Source: an uncultured Gammaproteobacteria bacterium (lineage in GTDB: Bacteria > Patescibacteriota > Patescibacteriia > GWA2-47-26). From it: 64,000 nucleotides of DNA. Below are positions 17,583 through 27,376 of the stretch, piece after piece. The notes below the pieces were generated by a model. The model saw nothing but the letters and a program-made list of their open reading frames with translations, did no database searches and had not been told where the DNA came from. The stretch spans positions 126,621 to 190,620 of the forward strand of contig CAZHIP010000001.1 of NCBI GenBank assembly GCA_964532925.1, read 5' to 3'. Numbering within the stretch: the stretch's first letter is position 1; every line of letters starts with the position of its first letter. The position numbers and the translations under genes were made by a program.

Positions 17583-19901
17583 ATGAAAATTCCTTTTGGG
17601 TGGATTAAAGAATTCGTGCCAGCTGCCCGTGATGTGGTGAAATCAGCCGAAAAACTCACGATGGTGGGGCACGAAGTCGAAAAAATAATCGATCGTGATG
17701 CAGCCATGGATAAGATCGTGGTTGGTCGTATTGCAGTGATTGAAAAACATCCCAATGCTGACAAATTGCGCATTGCAAAAACCGTGATTGATCGTTCAGG
17801 ATCACCGCGCACCATTGTGTGTGGCGGGTCGAATTTGGAGGAGGGCATGCTCGTTGCCGTGGCAATTCCGGGCGCGCGCGTTCGCTGGCATGGCGAAGGT
17901 GAACTCGTTGAGATTACCGAATCAGAAATTCGCGGTGTCAAAAGCTATGGCATGATTTGTGCCTCAGAAGAAATTGGTCTGGGCGAAGTATTCCCGAGCC
18001 GAGATCGCGAAGTGTTGAATCTTACGTTTACGCACGCTGTCCCAGGCACCGCGGTATCTGCAGCACTTGGCATGAATGATCCCGTGCTGGAGATTGATGT
18101 AACACCAAATCGAGGTGATGCTATGAGTGTGCTTGGTATTGCGCGCGAGCTTGCTGCGGCAGAAGGTGTGGTGCTCAAAGAACCAAAGGCTGTCAAGCTA
18201 AAATTGAATGCGCGCGATACGAAAGTAACCGTTGCAATTCTCGATAAAAAAGCCTGTCCGAACTATATCGCTCGGGTGATCCGGAATGTAAAAGTAGGGA
18301 AGTCGCCATCCTATGTGCAGAACCGTTTGCGTTCGGTTGGTATTAAATCAATCAACTCGATTGTTGATGCAACCAATTACGTGATGATGGAAATGGGTCA
18401 GCCGCTGCACGCGTTTGATGCAAACCAGATTGCCGTGCCGGGGGGTGTCCATATTGCAGTCCGGCGTGCGAAAAAAGGAGAGTCGCTCCGCGCACTTGAT
18501 GAAAAGGAATATGAGCTTGATGAAAGCATGCTCGTGATTGCAAATGCGCATGGCCCCATTGCTATTGCGGGTGTTATGGGTGGTATTGATAGTGGCATTT
18601 CAGAAAAAACAACCGATGTGGTTTTGGAATCAGCTCTTTTTGATTCAGTCCTTGTTGGCAAAACATATCGTAAACTCGGCTTACGCTCCGAAAGCTCGAT
18701 TCGTTTTGAGCGCGGTATTGATCCCACTATGCAATCTCGCGCACTTGATCGCGTGACAGAACTCGTTTTAGCTTGGGCTGGTGGAAGCGCAGAACCACAA
18801 AGCACTGGTGCTGCCAAAACTGCGTCGCACCGCAAGCCCATTTCGGTTTCAGTTGTTTGGGTGAATGAATTTTTGGGTACCAACATCAAGCCGACTCAAA
18901 TGATTTCTATTCTTAAGCGACTTGGTTGCAAGGTGGTGGGTGCCGGTAATTTGAAAGTTGCGCCGCCGTCGTGGCGTGCAGATTTGAATCTCCGTGAAGA
19001 TATTGCCGAGGAAGTTGCACGCATCTATGGCTATACTAATTTTGCCCCGACGCGAATTGTGGGCGAACTGTATCCAGGTGTGGTGCATCCCAACTGGCAG
19101 CATGCGCAAGAATTACGTCGCGCATTTATTGCTATGGGTTGGGCAGAAGTACTAACCTATTCATTCTATGGTGAGGCGATGCGAACACCAGAGGATCATC
19201 TCGAGGTAGCCAGTGCTATGAGCGCTTCACAGCAATATCTGCGTCGCTCAATCGTGCCGCGCTTAGTAGAAGCAGCAGGGAAAAATGCTCGCACGCATGA
19301 ACATGTACAATTGTTTGAAATTGGTCATGTATTTATCCAGACAAAAGAATCACTGCCCGATGAGCCGCAAATGATTGCCGGAGTATTGCTTGCAAACGAT
19401 GATACGCTCGCATACCGTCTCGCGTGTGGAGCTGTAGAACAGCTTGCGGTGCAGCTTGGGCGTAATGCCGAGGCATTAGTTGAAGCGGCAACTATTCGCG
19501 TGCTTACCAGTGAAGAAAAATCCGCAAATAAAATTCGTCAGTCTGTTGCAGTATTTGAATGTGCGGTAGAAAAAATATTCAACGCACCAAAACACAAGCG
19601 AACATTTGCGGCGCTTTCAGAGTTTCCATCAGTCGAACGTGATATTTCTATCGTCGTTGAAATAAAAATGCCGTGGAAAAAAATAAAATCATTGCTTGAG
19701 AAAAGCGGAGGGAGTATACTACAGAGTGTTGAGTTGCAAGATGCGTATCGAGGGAAAGAAATTGTTGACGGAAAACACGCACTGACGATTCGGATGACAT
19801 TTTGCTCACCTGATCGCACGCTAACTTCCGAGGAAGTTGATGAAAAAGTTGTTGCCGCCACCAAAGCATCAACCAAAGAATTGAACGCAAGTATTAGATA
19901 G
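17583..19901 (+). CDS. pheT: phenylalanine--tRNA ligase beta subunit
   Basis: B3/B4 and B5 domain homology (MKIPFGWIKEF...). Start moved to the Met 1 nt after the pheS stop. Confidence 0.9.
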   Translation: MKIPFGWIKEFVPAARDVVKSAEKLTMVGHEVEKIIDRDAAMDKIVVGRIAVIEKHPNADKLRIAKTVIDRSGSPRTIVCGGSNLEEGMLVAVAIPGARVRWHGEGELVEITESEIRGVKSYGMICASEEIGLGEVFPSRDREVLNLTFTHAVPGTAVSAALGMNDPVLEIDVTPNRGDAMSVLGIARELAAAEGVVLKEPKAVKLKLNARDTKVTVAILDKKACPNYIARVIRNVKVGKSPSYVQNRLRSVGIKSINSIVDATNYVMMEMGQPLHAFDANQIAVPGGVHIAVRRAKKGESLRALDEKEYELDESMLVIANAHGPIAIAGVMGGIDSGISEKTTDVVLESALFDSVLVGKTYRKLGLRSESSIRFERGIDPTMQSRALDRVTELVLAWAGGSAEPQSTGAAKTASHRKPISVSVVWVNEFLGTNIKPTQMISILKRLGCKVVGAGNLKVAPPSWRADLNLREDIAEEVARIYGYTNFAPTRIVGELYPGVVHPNWQHAQELRRAFIAMGWAEVLTYSFYGEAMRTPEDHLEVASAMSASQQYLRRSIVPRLVEAAGKNARTHEHVQLFEIGHVFIQTKESLPDEPQMIAGVLLANDDTLAYRLACGAVEQLAVQLGRNAEALVEAATIRVLTSEEKSANKIRQSVAVFECAVEKIFNAPKHKRTFAALSEFPSVERDISIVVEIKMPWKKIKSLLEKSGGSILQSVELQDAYRGKEIVDGKHALTIRMTFCSPDRTLTSEEVDEKVVAATKASTKELNASIR

Positions 19902-19915
19902 TAACCATCGAAGCA

Positions 19916-20191
19916 ATGATTGTTTCAACTACAAAAGATATTTTCTACATCGTCCTGTCGATCTGCATCTTGTGGATCACGACATTTGCCTGTTGGCTTA
20001 TGTATTACGCCATTGCTATGGCGCGCGACGTAAACCGTCTGCGTAAACATGTAGAAGAAACATTCACGAACATGCACTCGATGATGCACAATGCGTTTGC
20101 AGGAGCAGGGCTTATCAAGGACGGAGTAAAACTCGCCATGCAGTTTGCAGAAAGCCGAAAGAAGAAAAAAGGAAAGAAAAAAAACGAATAA
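19916..20191 (+). CDS. hypothetical small membrane protein with a poly-Lys C-terminal tail
   Basis: 91 aa, one or two TM helices, C-terminus ESRKKKKGKKKNE. Confidence 0.4.
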   Translation: MIVSTTKDIFYIVLSICILWITTFACWLMYYAIAMARDVNRLRKHVEETFTNMHSMMHNAFAGAGLIKDGVKLAMQFAESRKKKKGKKKNE

Positions 20192-20205
20192 ATTAAGAAC
20201 AATAT

Positions 20206-20526
20206 ATGCTTAACATGGAGGATGTTAAACAAGTCGAAGAGGTTGTTGATAGTAAAATTGGTGAACTTGCGGCTATAACACAGCAGGGATTTTTGGAAAT
20301 GCAGCAAGGGTTTGATAAGTTGGCGTCCATTGTCTTGAACCATGATGAGACACTCAAGAGTTTTGATCAGCGCATGAGCCGCATGGAGGGCTCACAAGAA
20401 AAAATGTTTGATAAAATTGATGGATTTTTGACCGTACTCAATTGCCATGAATCAGAAATTGCTGGATTAAGCGATCATGGAAGACGGAGTGATGAGCGCA
20501 TTGCTCATCTTGAGGCTCGCGCATAA
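20206..20526 (+). CDS. hypothetical coiled-coil protein
   Basis: 106 aa, charged and helical, followed by a strong terminator. Confidence 0.4.
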   Translation: MLNMEDVKQVEEVVDSKIGELAAITQQGFLEMQQGFDKLASIVLNHDETLKSFDQRMSRMEGSQEKMFDKIDGFLTVLNCHESEIAGLSDHGRRSDERIAHLEARA

Positions 20527-20542
20527 TAAAAAATTCAAAATA

Positions 20543-20573
20543 CAAAGACCTGCCAATTGGCAGGTCTTTTTTA
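20543..20573. terminator. intrinsic terminator hairpin (AAGACCTGCC/GGCAGGTCTT)
   Basis: AAGACCTGCCaattGGCAGGTCTTTTTT. Confidence 0.65.
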
Positions 20574-20615
20574 TAGAGAAAAATCAGCCAAATGATAACC
20601 TCTGCATAAGTTCTT

Positions 20616-20644
20616 TTGTCATCGACTCGTTGCTCTGTTACTAT
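20616..20644 (+). promoter_or_regulatory. sigma70-type promoter of dnaE (TTGTCA-17-TACTAT); the ATG lies about 10 nt after the -10 element
   Basis: TTGTCAtcgactcgttgctctgtTACTATagggactcatATG. Confidence 0.5.
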
Positions 20645-20654
20645 AGGGACTCAT

Positions 20655-23600
20655 ATGAGTTTCGTTCACCTCCACACGCACTCGCATTATTCGCTATTGG
20701 ATGGGCTTCCAAAGCCGAATGAAATGGTAAAGCAGGCCAAGGCACACGGCTGTCCGGCATTGGCACTGACCGACCATGGTGTCATGTATGGGGCGATTGA
20801 ATTTTATCAAGCGTGTGTCAAAGCCGGCATCAAGCCGATTATTGGCATGGAGGCCTATATGGCAATGGGGAAGCTCGCCGATAAGAAGACCGGCGTTGAT
20901 GATGATTATCATCACCTTACGCTACTAGCGATGAACATGGAGGGTTACAAAAACCTGATGGTGCTCACGACTATTGCGCATATCGAAGGTTATTACTATA
21001 AACCGCGTATCGACAAAGACACGCTCAAGAAGCATTCCGCGGGGGTGATTGCGCTTTCTGGCTGTTTGCGCGGTGAGATTGCGCGTGCGCTTACGGGCTC
21101 AACGTATGAACGCGCGCAAGAAATCACGCGAGAGTATTTGGACATTTTTGGCACTGACCGGTTTTTTGGGGAAGTGCAGTATCATCCAGAACTTCCGGAA
21201 CAGGCGATTGTAAATGAAGGGATGTTTAAGCTCTGTAAGGAGTTTGGATTTGAGCCAGTTGTTACAGTCGATAGTCATTATTTACAAAAGAGTGATGCGG
21301 AAGCGCAAGATATTTTGGTGTGCGTACAGACGGGACGATTACGGACTGACAAAAATCGCCTCGACATGACCGGCACGGATTTGTCGATGAAGGATCCAAA
21401 AATTATTTACGAAGAATGGAAAGATCACCCCGAGGCCGTGACCAATACATTGAAGATTGCAGAGATGTGTAATTTGCAATTGGATTTGAATAAGTGGAAT
21501 TTTGCAAAATATCCTTTGCCAGAAGGGAAGACGAGTGCGGAACATTTATGGGATCTTACGGTTATTGGTGCACAAGAAAAACTTGGCGCAAAAACCGATG
21601 ATTTGTCCGATATCTCACCCGAACAGCTGGAGCGTATCAAATACGAATTCGATGTCATTACCAAAAAAGGGTATGACCCATACTTCTTAATCGTCTCGGA
21701 CTATATTAAGTGGGCGAGAACGCAAGGTATTGTTACCACCACTCGAGGTTCGGCTGCGGGTTCGTTTGTTTCGTATCTGATTGATATTGTTGCAGTAAAC
21801 CCACTGGATTATCGGTTGCCATTTGAGCGATTTCTTACTGTCCATCGCCCATCACCGCCCGACGTTGACGGTGACTTTGCTGATAATCGTCGAGAAGAAG
21901 TGATTGATTATATTAAATCCCGGTATGGTGCAGACAAGGTCGCGCAGATTGTGACTTTTGGAACCATGTTGCCGCGCGCGGCTGTGCGGGATGTAACGCG
22001 CGTGCTCGGGTATCCCTACAGTTTTGGTGACCGGATTTCAAAAATGATTCCGCAAGGTAGCCAAGGATTCCATATGACAGTGGACCGTGCGCTCGAAGAA
22101 AATGCAGATCTGCGGAAGTTTGCAAAAGAAGATCGTCGCGTCGAAGAAGTGCTGGATTTAGCACGACACCTTGAGGGTTGTGTTCGTCATGCATCAGTAC
22201 ATGCCGCAGGCGTGGTTATCTCACCAACAGCACTCACAGACTTTACGCCGCTTCAAAAAGAAGCCGACGGTGACAATGTGGTAACACAGTACGATATGCA
22301 TGCGGTTGAGGCCGCGGGGCTGTTGAAGATGGATATTCTTGGTATTCGCAACCTCTCCATTTTGGGTGAAGCGATTACGATTGTACAAAAGACAAAGGGG
22401 GTTTTGGTAGATATTAACAAGTTGCCCGTTGACGATAAGGCAACATTTCAACTACTTTCGCGAGGGGATACGATGGGCGTGTTTCAATTATCGGGTTCGG
22501 GCATGACGCGGTACCTCAAAGAACTAAAACCAACGACGATTCACGATATCATGGCCATGGTGGCACTCTTTCGTCCGGGTCCGATGGAATCTATTCCTGA
22601 ATATATTCGTCGAAAGTATAACCCAAAACTCGCAACCTTTCTTGATGAACGATTGCGCCCGATTCTTGAGCGTACGTTTGGCGTGCTCGTGTATCAGGAC
22701 GATGTGCTCTTAACGGCTATTGAGTTGGCTGGGTATAGCTGGGAAGAGGCAGATAAGTTCCGCAAAGCCATGGGCAAAAAGATTCCCGCAGAAATGACTG
22801 CACAGAAAGAAAAGTTTTTCAAAGGTTGTAAGGCAAACAATGTTACTGATCATGTGACTGCGGAATTATGGACGTTGATTGAGCCTTTTGCCGCGTACGG
22901 GTTTAACAAAGCGCATGCGGCGAGCTATGCCATGGTGGCGTATCAGACGGCATATATGAAAGCGCATTATCCGGCAGAGTTTATCACTGCAATTTTGACC
23001 GCTGAATCCGGCAACATGGAAAAAATGGCGGAAGTTATTGCTTCAGCGCGAGAAAGCGGCATCATTGTGTTGCCACCAGATGTCAATGAAAGCTTTAAAA
23101 GTTTTACGTATGTTGACGAGCATAATATTCGGTTCGGACTCTTGGCGGTTAAAAACGTTGGTTCAGATATTGTAGAAGCTATCATTGAGTTTCGAGGCAA
23201 GAAACCTTTTGCAAACCTCGAAGACATGTTGCAACGGGTTCAGCATAAAGGAATGAACAAAAAGTCGCTCGAAAGTCTCATCAAAGCTGGAGCCATGGAT
23301 CGTTTTGGGGATCGCGCCGTGATGCTCGAAAGCATGGAAGATATCTTGTCGTACCATAAATCATTTGCCGATGGCATGACAAAACAAGCGAACTTATTTG
23401 GAGCCACTCCAATGACCCGTACGTTAAAATTAAAAACTGTTCCGCCCGCAAGCAAAGATGAAATATTGCAATGGGAGCATGAGCTCTTGGGTCTATATGT
23501 TTCCGAACACCCGCTGCAAGAATTGCAAAAAGAGTTGGCCGGCAAAGTTACACCATTAGATCGATTGGAAGGTGTTGCACCAGAAACAGGCATGGTGGTT

Positions 23601-24218
23601 GCTGGCGTACTTATCGAGTGTACGGTCCGCGTTACTAAAAATGGCGAGAAGATGGCCGTCGGGAGATTCCAAGATCTTCTGGGATCTTGTGAATTAATTG
23701 GGTTCCCGAAAACCTATCAAGCGGATCCATCAGTATGGGAAGCAGGTGCGCTTTTGGTGGTGTGGGGTCGTGGTGGGGGTGAAGAAAAACGCGTTGTTGC
23801 TGATCGTGTCGCGAGACTTTCTCGAGATAATGTTTCCGATTTAGATTTTACTCCACCGACAGCCGCGAAACGTTGGGGTAGTAAAAATGGAAACGAGAAC
23901 GGGGGAGGTGGTGGTGGATATGGGGGTGGAAGCGGGTATCGTGCGCCTCAAACAGCTGCGACACCAACCCACACTATTCCGCAAGAAAAACGCCTGGTTG
24001 TTAGCTTAGCGACGCCGGATAAAACAATACTTTTTGCCCTCAAAGATATTTTTGAAAAGCATAATGGGTCAGGCAAGTCACCTGTATTTCTCGAGCTACC
24101 GGAGAGCGGACAAAAACGGCTTATTTCCACGGCATTTAAGATTGACCCAACAGAGCAGTGTATTGCCGCTGTCCGTGCGATTGTCGAAAGTACTCAGGGG
24201 AGCGTGCGGCTCGTCTAA
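20655..24218 (+). CDS. dnaE: DNA polymerase III alpha subunit
   Basis: PHP domain start (FVHLHTHSHYSLLDG) and palm/fingers motifs. Start moved to Met at 20655. The C-terminus carries a Gly-rich low-complexity insert (GSKNGNENGGGGGGYGGGSGY). Confidence 0.9.
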   Translation: MSFVHLHTHSHYSLLDGLPKPNEMVKQAKAHGCPALALTDHGVMYGAIEFYQACVKAGIKPIIGMEAYMAMGKLADKKTGVDDDYHHLTLLAMNMEGYKNLMVLTTIAHIEGYYYKPRIDKDTLKKHSAGVIALSGCLRGEIARALTGSTYERAQEITREYLDIFGTDRFFGEVQYHPELPEQAIVNEGMFKLCKEFGFEPVVTVDSHYLQKSDAEAQDILVCVQTGRLRTDKNRLDMTGTDLSMKDPKIIYEEWKDHPEAVTNTLKIAEMCNLQLDLNKWNFAKYPLPEGKTSAEHLWDLTVIGAQEKLGAKTDDLSDISPEQLERIKYEFDVITKKGYDPYFLIVSDYIKWARTQGIVTTTRGSAAGSFVSYLIDIVAVNPLDYRLPFERFLTVHRPSPPDVDGDFADNRREEVIDYIKSRYGADKVAQIVTFGTMLPRAAVRDVTRVLGYPYSFGDRISKMIPQGSQGFHMTVDRALEENADLRKFAKEDRRVEEVLDLARHLEGCVRHASVHAAGVVISPTALTDFTPLQKEADGDNVVTQYDMHAVEAAGLLKMDILGIRNLSILGEAITIVQKTKGVLVDINKLPVDDKATFQLLSRGDTMGVFQLSGSGMTRYLKELKPTTIHDIMAMVALFRPGPMESIPEYIRRKYNPKLATFLDERLRPILERTFGVLVYQDDVLLTAIELAGYSWEEADKFRKAMGKKIPAEMTAQKEKFFKGCKANNVTDHVTAELWTLIEPFAAYGFNKAHAASYAMVAYQTAYMKAHYPAEFITAILTAESGNMEKMAEVIASARESGIIVLPPDVNESFKSFTYVDEHNIRFGLLAVKNVGSDIVEAIIEFRGKKPFANLEDMLQRVQHKGMNKKSLESLIKAGAMDRFGDRAVMLESMEDILSYHKSFADGMTKQANLFGATPMTRTLKLKTVPPASKDEILQWEHELLGLYVSEHPLQELQKELAGKVTPLDRLEGVAPETGMVVAGVLIECTVRVTKNGEKMAVGRFQDLLGSCELIGFPKTYQADPSVWEAGALLVVWGRGGGEEKRVVADRVARLSRDNVSDLDFTPPTAAKRWGSKNGNENGGGGGGYGGGSGYRAPQTAATPTHTIPQEKRLVVSLATPDKTILFALKDIFEKHNGSGKSPVFLELPESGQKRLISTAFKIDPTEQCIAAVRAIVESTQGSVRLV

Positions 24219-24252
24219 ATTTCTGCTATACTAGACCTATCCTATTTAACGC

Positions 24253-25389
24253 TTGAACCGTATGGCAAGTTCCACTGTTCCACTCGCACCTCGATTTCGT
24301 ATTTTTGCGGTCATTTTTGTCATATTAAGCGCGCTTCTCATTGGATTAATTGTATTTTTTTCTATGAGCAAGGCGACTATTACGGTGTCGCCGAAAAAAG
24401 AACTACTGAGTGTTGATTTCCCGGTTCAAGTTGGGCCAACAGCAGAGGACTCAGCCTCTCGTCCAGTGGTCAAAGGTATCGTGATCGAAAAAGAAGTTTC
24501 ATATGACGAAAAAGTAGAAGCGAGCGGTACTAAAACGGTGGCAGTTGGTGGCAAAGTAACAGTGAAGATTATCAATGAGGGTTCCGCAACTCAACCACTT
24601 ATCGCTACAACGCGTGTGCAGGCCGCAGATGGAACATTGTTCCGTCTCAAAAAAGCAGTTACGGTGCCAGCGAAAGGTTCTGTGGAGGCAGAAGTGTACG
24701 CAGACAAAGCGGGTACTTCGCTTCCTGCTGACGAGAAGTTTACGATTCCAGGCTTGAACGAAGCAAAGCAAAAAGTTATTTATGCAGAATCGGGTTCTGC
24801 TGCAACAGAAGACGGTGATGTGGTCCGCACCATTACCGAAGACGATATTCTAAAAGGTAAAGCAGCGGGCTTGGCAAAAGCAGAAGACGATCTCAAGGCA
24901 GCGCTTAAAAAAGCGCATCCAGAAGTTTCTGAGATTGTGGTTTCTCGTGAGGTTGTAAAAACAGAGTCAAATACAAAAGCAGGTGATGCTGCACAGACAG
25001 CGACTATTACAGTAAAGGCAAAAGTCACTTTGGTTGGCTACGATGGCAAAGCAGTCCGCGCAATGGTGCAAGACAAACTGGTGTCAGGTGTCCCTGACGG
25101 CAAAGAATTTACCGGTATTCATGACAATGCACTGGTCGTGCGTCTGACGAGTGCTGATCCGGTAAAAGGCACAGCCGTGATTCGCGTGTATGCTGATGGC
25201 GATGCGGTCATAAAATCAACCAGCAACACACTGGCAAAAGAAAATGTTGCGGGTATGAGTGCGACTCAAGCAAAAGAATTTCTTGAAAACTTCGATGCCA
25301 TCGAAGAGGTCGAAGTAAAGCTTTTTCCGTCCTGGCTTAAGAAGATTCCAACTCTCAAAGACCACATCGACATTGTGGTGAAGAAATAG
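24253..25389 (+). CDS. hypothetical membrane-anchored protein with beta-rich repeated ectodomain
   Basis: 378 aa. N-terminal TM helix (IFAVIFVILSALLIGLIVFF), then repetitive V/T/K-rich segments. Confidence 0.45.
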   Translation: MNRMASSTVPLAPRFRIFAVIFVILSALLIGLIVFFSMSKATITVSPKKELLSVDFPVQVGPTAEDSASRPVVKGIVIEKEVSYDEKVEASGTKTVAVGGKVTVKIINEGSATQPLIATTRVQAADGTLFRLKKAVTVPAKGSVEAEVYADKAGTSLPADEKFTIPGLNEAKQKVIYAESGSAATEDGDVVRTITEDDILKGKAAGLAKAEDDLKAALKKAHPEVSEIVVSREVVKTESNTKAGDAAQTATITVKAKVTLVGYDGKAVRAMVQDKLVSGVPDGKEFTGIHDNALVVRLTSADPVKGTAVIRVYADGDAVIKSTSNTLAKENVAGMSATQAKEFLENFDAIEEVEVKLFPSWLKKIPTLKDHIDIVVKK

Positions 25390-25403
25390 ACAAGATTATA
25401 ATA

Positions 25404-25434
25404 AAAATCCCGCTCACAACAGCGGGATTTTTGT
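25404..25434. terminator. intrinsic terminator hairpin
   Basis: AAATCCCGCTcacaacAGCGGGATTTTTG. Confidence 0.65.
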
Positions 25435-25534
25435 ATTCAGCATGAGGTCTGGTCAAAAACAGCGAAAAATAGTAAGGTATAGGGGCAAATCGTGGCATAT
25501 AAGTCACCTCATTTTTAGCCTATTTTGAGCTGGT

Positions 25535-27358
25535 ATGAAACACCCCATTGAGACGATTCGACACTCTACTGCGCATATCATGGCTGCGGCTATTTTAGAG
25601 CTGTTTCCTGGTACGAAACTTGGCGTTGGCCCTGTGGTGGAGCATGGTTTTTATTATGATGTCGAGACGATCAAAGCATTGACCGAAGATGATTTGGTTG
25701 TAATCGAAGAACGCATGAAGCAGATCGTTAAACGTGATGATGCTTTCGCGCGAGAAGAAATGAACATCGACGATGCAATTGCATTTTTCAAAAAATTAGA
25801 CCAAGTGTATAAAGTTGAATTACTCGAGGATTTAAAAACAAAAGGCACAACCAGTGTGCGCCCCGAAGAGGCACAAGACATAGATGCAGACAAACCTTCG
25901 GTAGTGACGGTGTACAAAACTGGGGAGTTTATCGACCTGTGTCGTGGCCCGCATGTAACGACATCGAGTGAAGTCGGGGCGTTTAAGATAACAAAGCTCG
26001 CGGGTGCATACTGGCGTGGCAATGAAAAGAACAAACAACTCCAACGTATTTACGGGTTGGCTTTTTCCACAAAAGAAGAGCTTGTTGCACATCTTGCAAT
26101 GCTGGCCGAAGCAGAGAAACGTGATCATCGGAAACTTGGTGCGGAGCTCGATTTATTCTTGTTCTCTGATCTTGTTGGTGCTGGGTTGCCGTTATGGACA
26201 CCGCGGGGAACACTCTTACGCACGTTACTCGATGAATTTGTTTGGGAGATGCGCCATGCCCGTGGGTACCAGAAAGTCGAGATCCCTCACATTACCAAAA
26301 AAGATTTGTACGAAAAAAGCGGTCATTGGGAGAAATTTCAGAATGAATTATTCCGCGTGGCTTCTCGCGAAAAACACGAGTTTGCCATGAAGCCCATGAA
26401 CTGTCCGCACCACACACAGATCTATGCTCGAAAGCAGTGGAGTTACCGCGAACTACCCCAGCGATATTCCAATACGACCATGTGTTATCGTGATGAACAA
26501 ACCGGCGAACTTGCTGGCCTGACCCGCGCCCGCAGCTTTACGCAAGATGACGCACACGTATTCTGCCGCCTATCTCAAGTGAAGGAAGAATTTTTGAAAG
26601 TCTATGAGATTATTCAGAAATTTTATAGCACGTTTGGCTTTGAGCTAAGTGTTCGCCTGTCGCTCCATGACCCGAAGCACCCAGAAAAATATCTTGGTGG
26701 CCCGGAAAACTGGAAGGTTGCGGAAGATACTCTCCGTGAAATTATTGCTGATAAAAAACTCGAGGCTATCGATGGTGTTGGGGAAGCTGCGTTCTATGGG
26801 CCAAAACTCGACTTCATGGCAAAGGATTCGCTCGGACGTCAGTGGCAGGTTGCAACTATCCAACTCGACATGAACATGCCTGAACGCTTTGATCTTTCGT
26901 GTATCAATGAAGAAGGAAAACATGAGCGTATTGTCATGATTCATGCTGCTATCATGGGCTCCATCGAGCGGTTTATGGCTGTGCTCATTGAACACTTAGG
27001 TGGCGTCTTCCCGTTATGGCTTGCACCAGAGCAGGTGTCAATTGCATCGGTTGCTGAACGCCACAACGATATTGCCAAAGCATTGCAAGAAGTCTTGCAA
27101 AAGCATGGTATTCGCGTTGGGCTTGATATAAGTAACGAATCAGTCGGTAAGAAAGTTCGTATTGCAGAGAAAATGAAAGTACCATTTTCGCTTGTTGTTG
27201 GTGATAAAGAAGCGCCGGTCGATGGTGTGTGGCATGATGAGGTAGCTATTGCTGTGCGTGCTCATGGCAGCAAAGAGGCTCAAACAATGACCCTTGGACA
27301 ATTCATTGCGATGCTCACCACGAACACTGCTGATCGCACGTTATCGGTTAAACAGTAA
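25535..27358 (+). CDS. thrS: threonine--tRNA ligase (short form without N-terminal TGS domain)
   Basis: Begins directly with the second additional domain (HSTAHIM), followed by the class II catalytic core and anticodon-binding domain. Confidence 0.9.
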   Translation: MKHPIETIRHSTAHIMAAAILELFPGTKLGVGPVVEHGFYYDVETIKALTEDDLVVIEERMKQIVKRDDAFAREEMNIDDAIAFFKKLDQVYKVELLEDLKTKGTTSVRPEEAQDIDADKPSVVTVYKTGEFIDLCRGPHVTTSSEVGAFKITKLAGAYWRGNEKNKQLQRIYGLAFSTKEELVAHLAMLAEAEKRDHRKLGAELDLFLFSDLVGAGLPLWTPRGTLLRTLLDEFVWEMRHARGYQKVEIPHITKKDLYEKSGHWEKFQNELFRVASREKHEFAMKPMNCPHHTQIYARKQWSYRELPQRYSNTTMCYRDEQTGELAGLTRARSFTQDDAHVFCRLSQVKEEFLKVYEIIQKFYSTFGFELSVRLSLHDPKHPEKYLGGPENWKVAEDTLREIIADKKLEAIDGVGEAAFYGPKLDFMAKDSLGRQWQVATIQLDMNMPERFDLSCINEEGKHERIVMIHAAIMGSIERFMAVLIEHLGGVFPLWLAPEQVSIASVAERHNDIAKALQEVLQKHGIRVGLDISNESVGKKVRIAEKMKVPFSLVVGDKEAPVDGVWHDEVAIAVRAHGSKEAQTMTLGQFIAMLTTNTADRTLSVKQ

Positions 27359-27376
27359 CAGGAAGAATTTTTTGCT

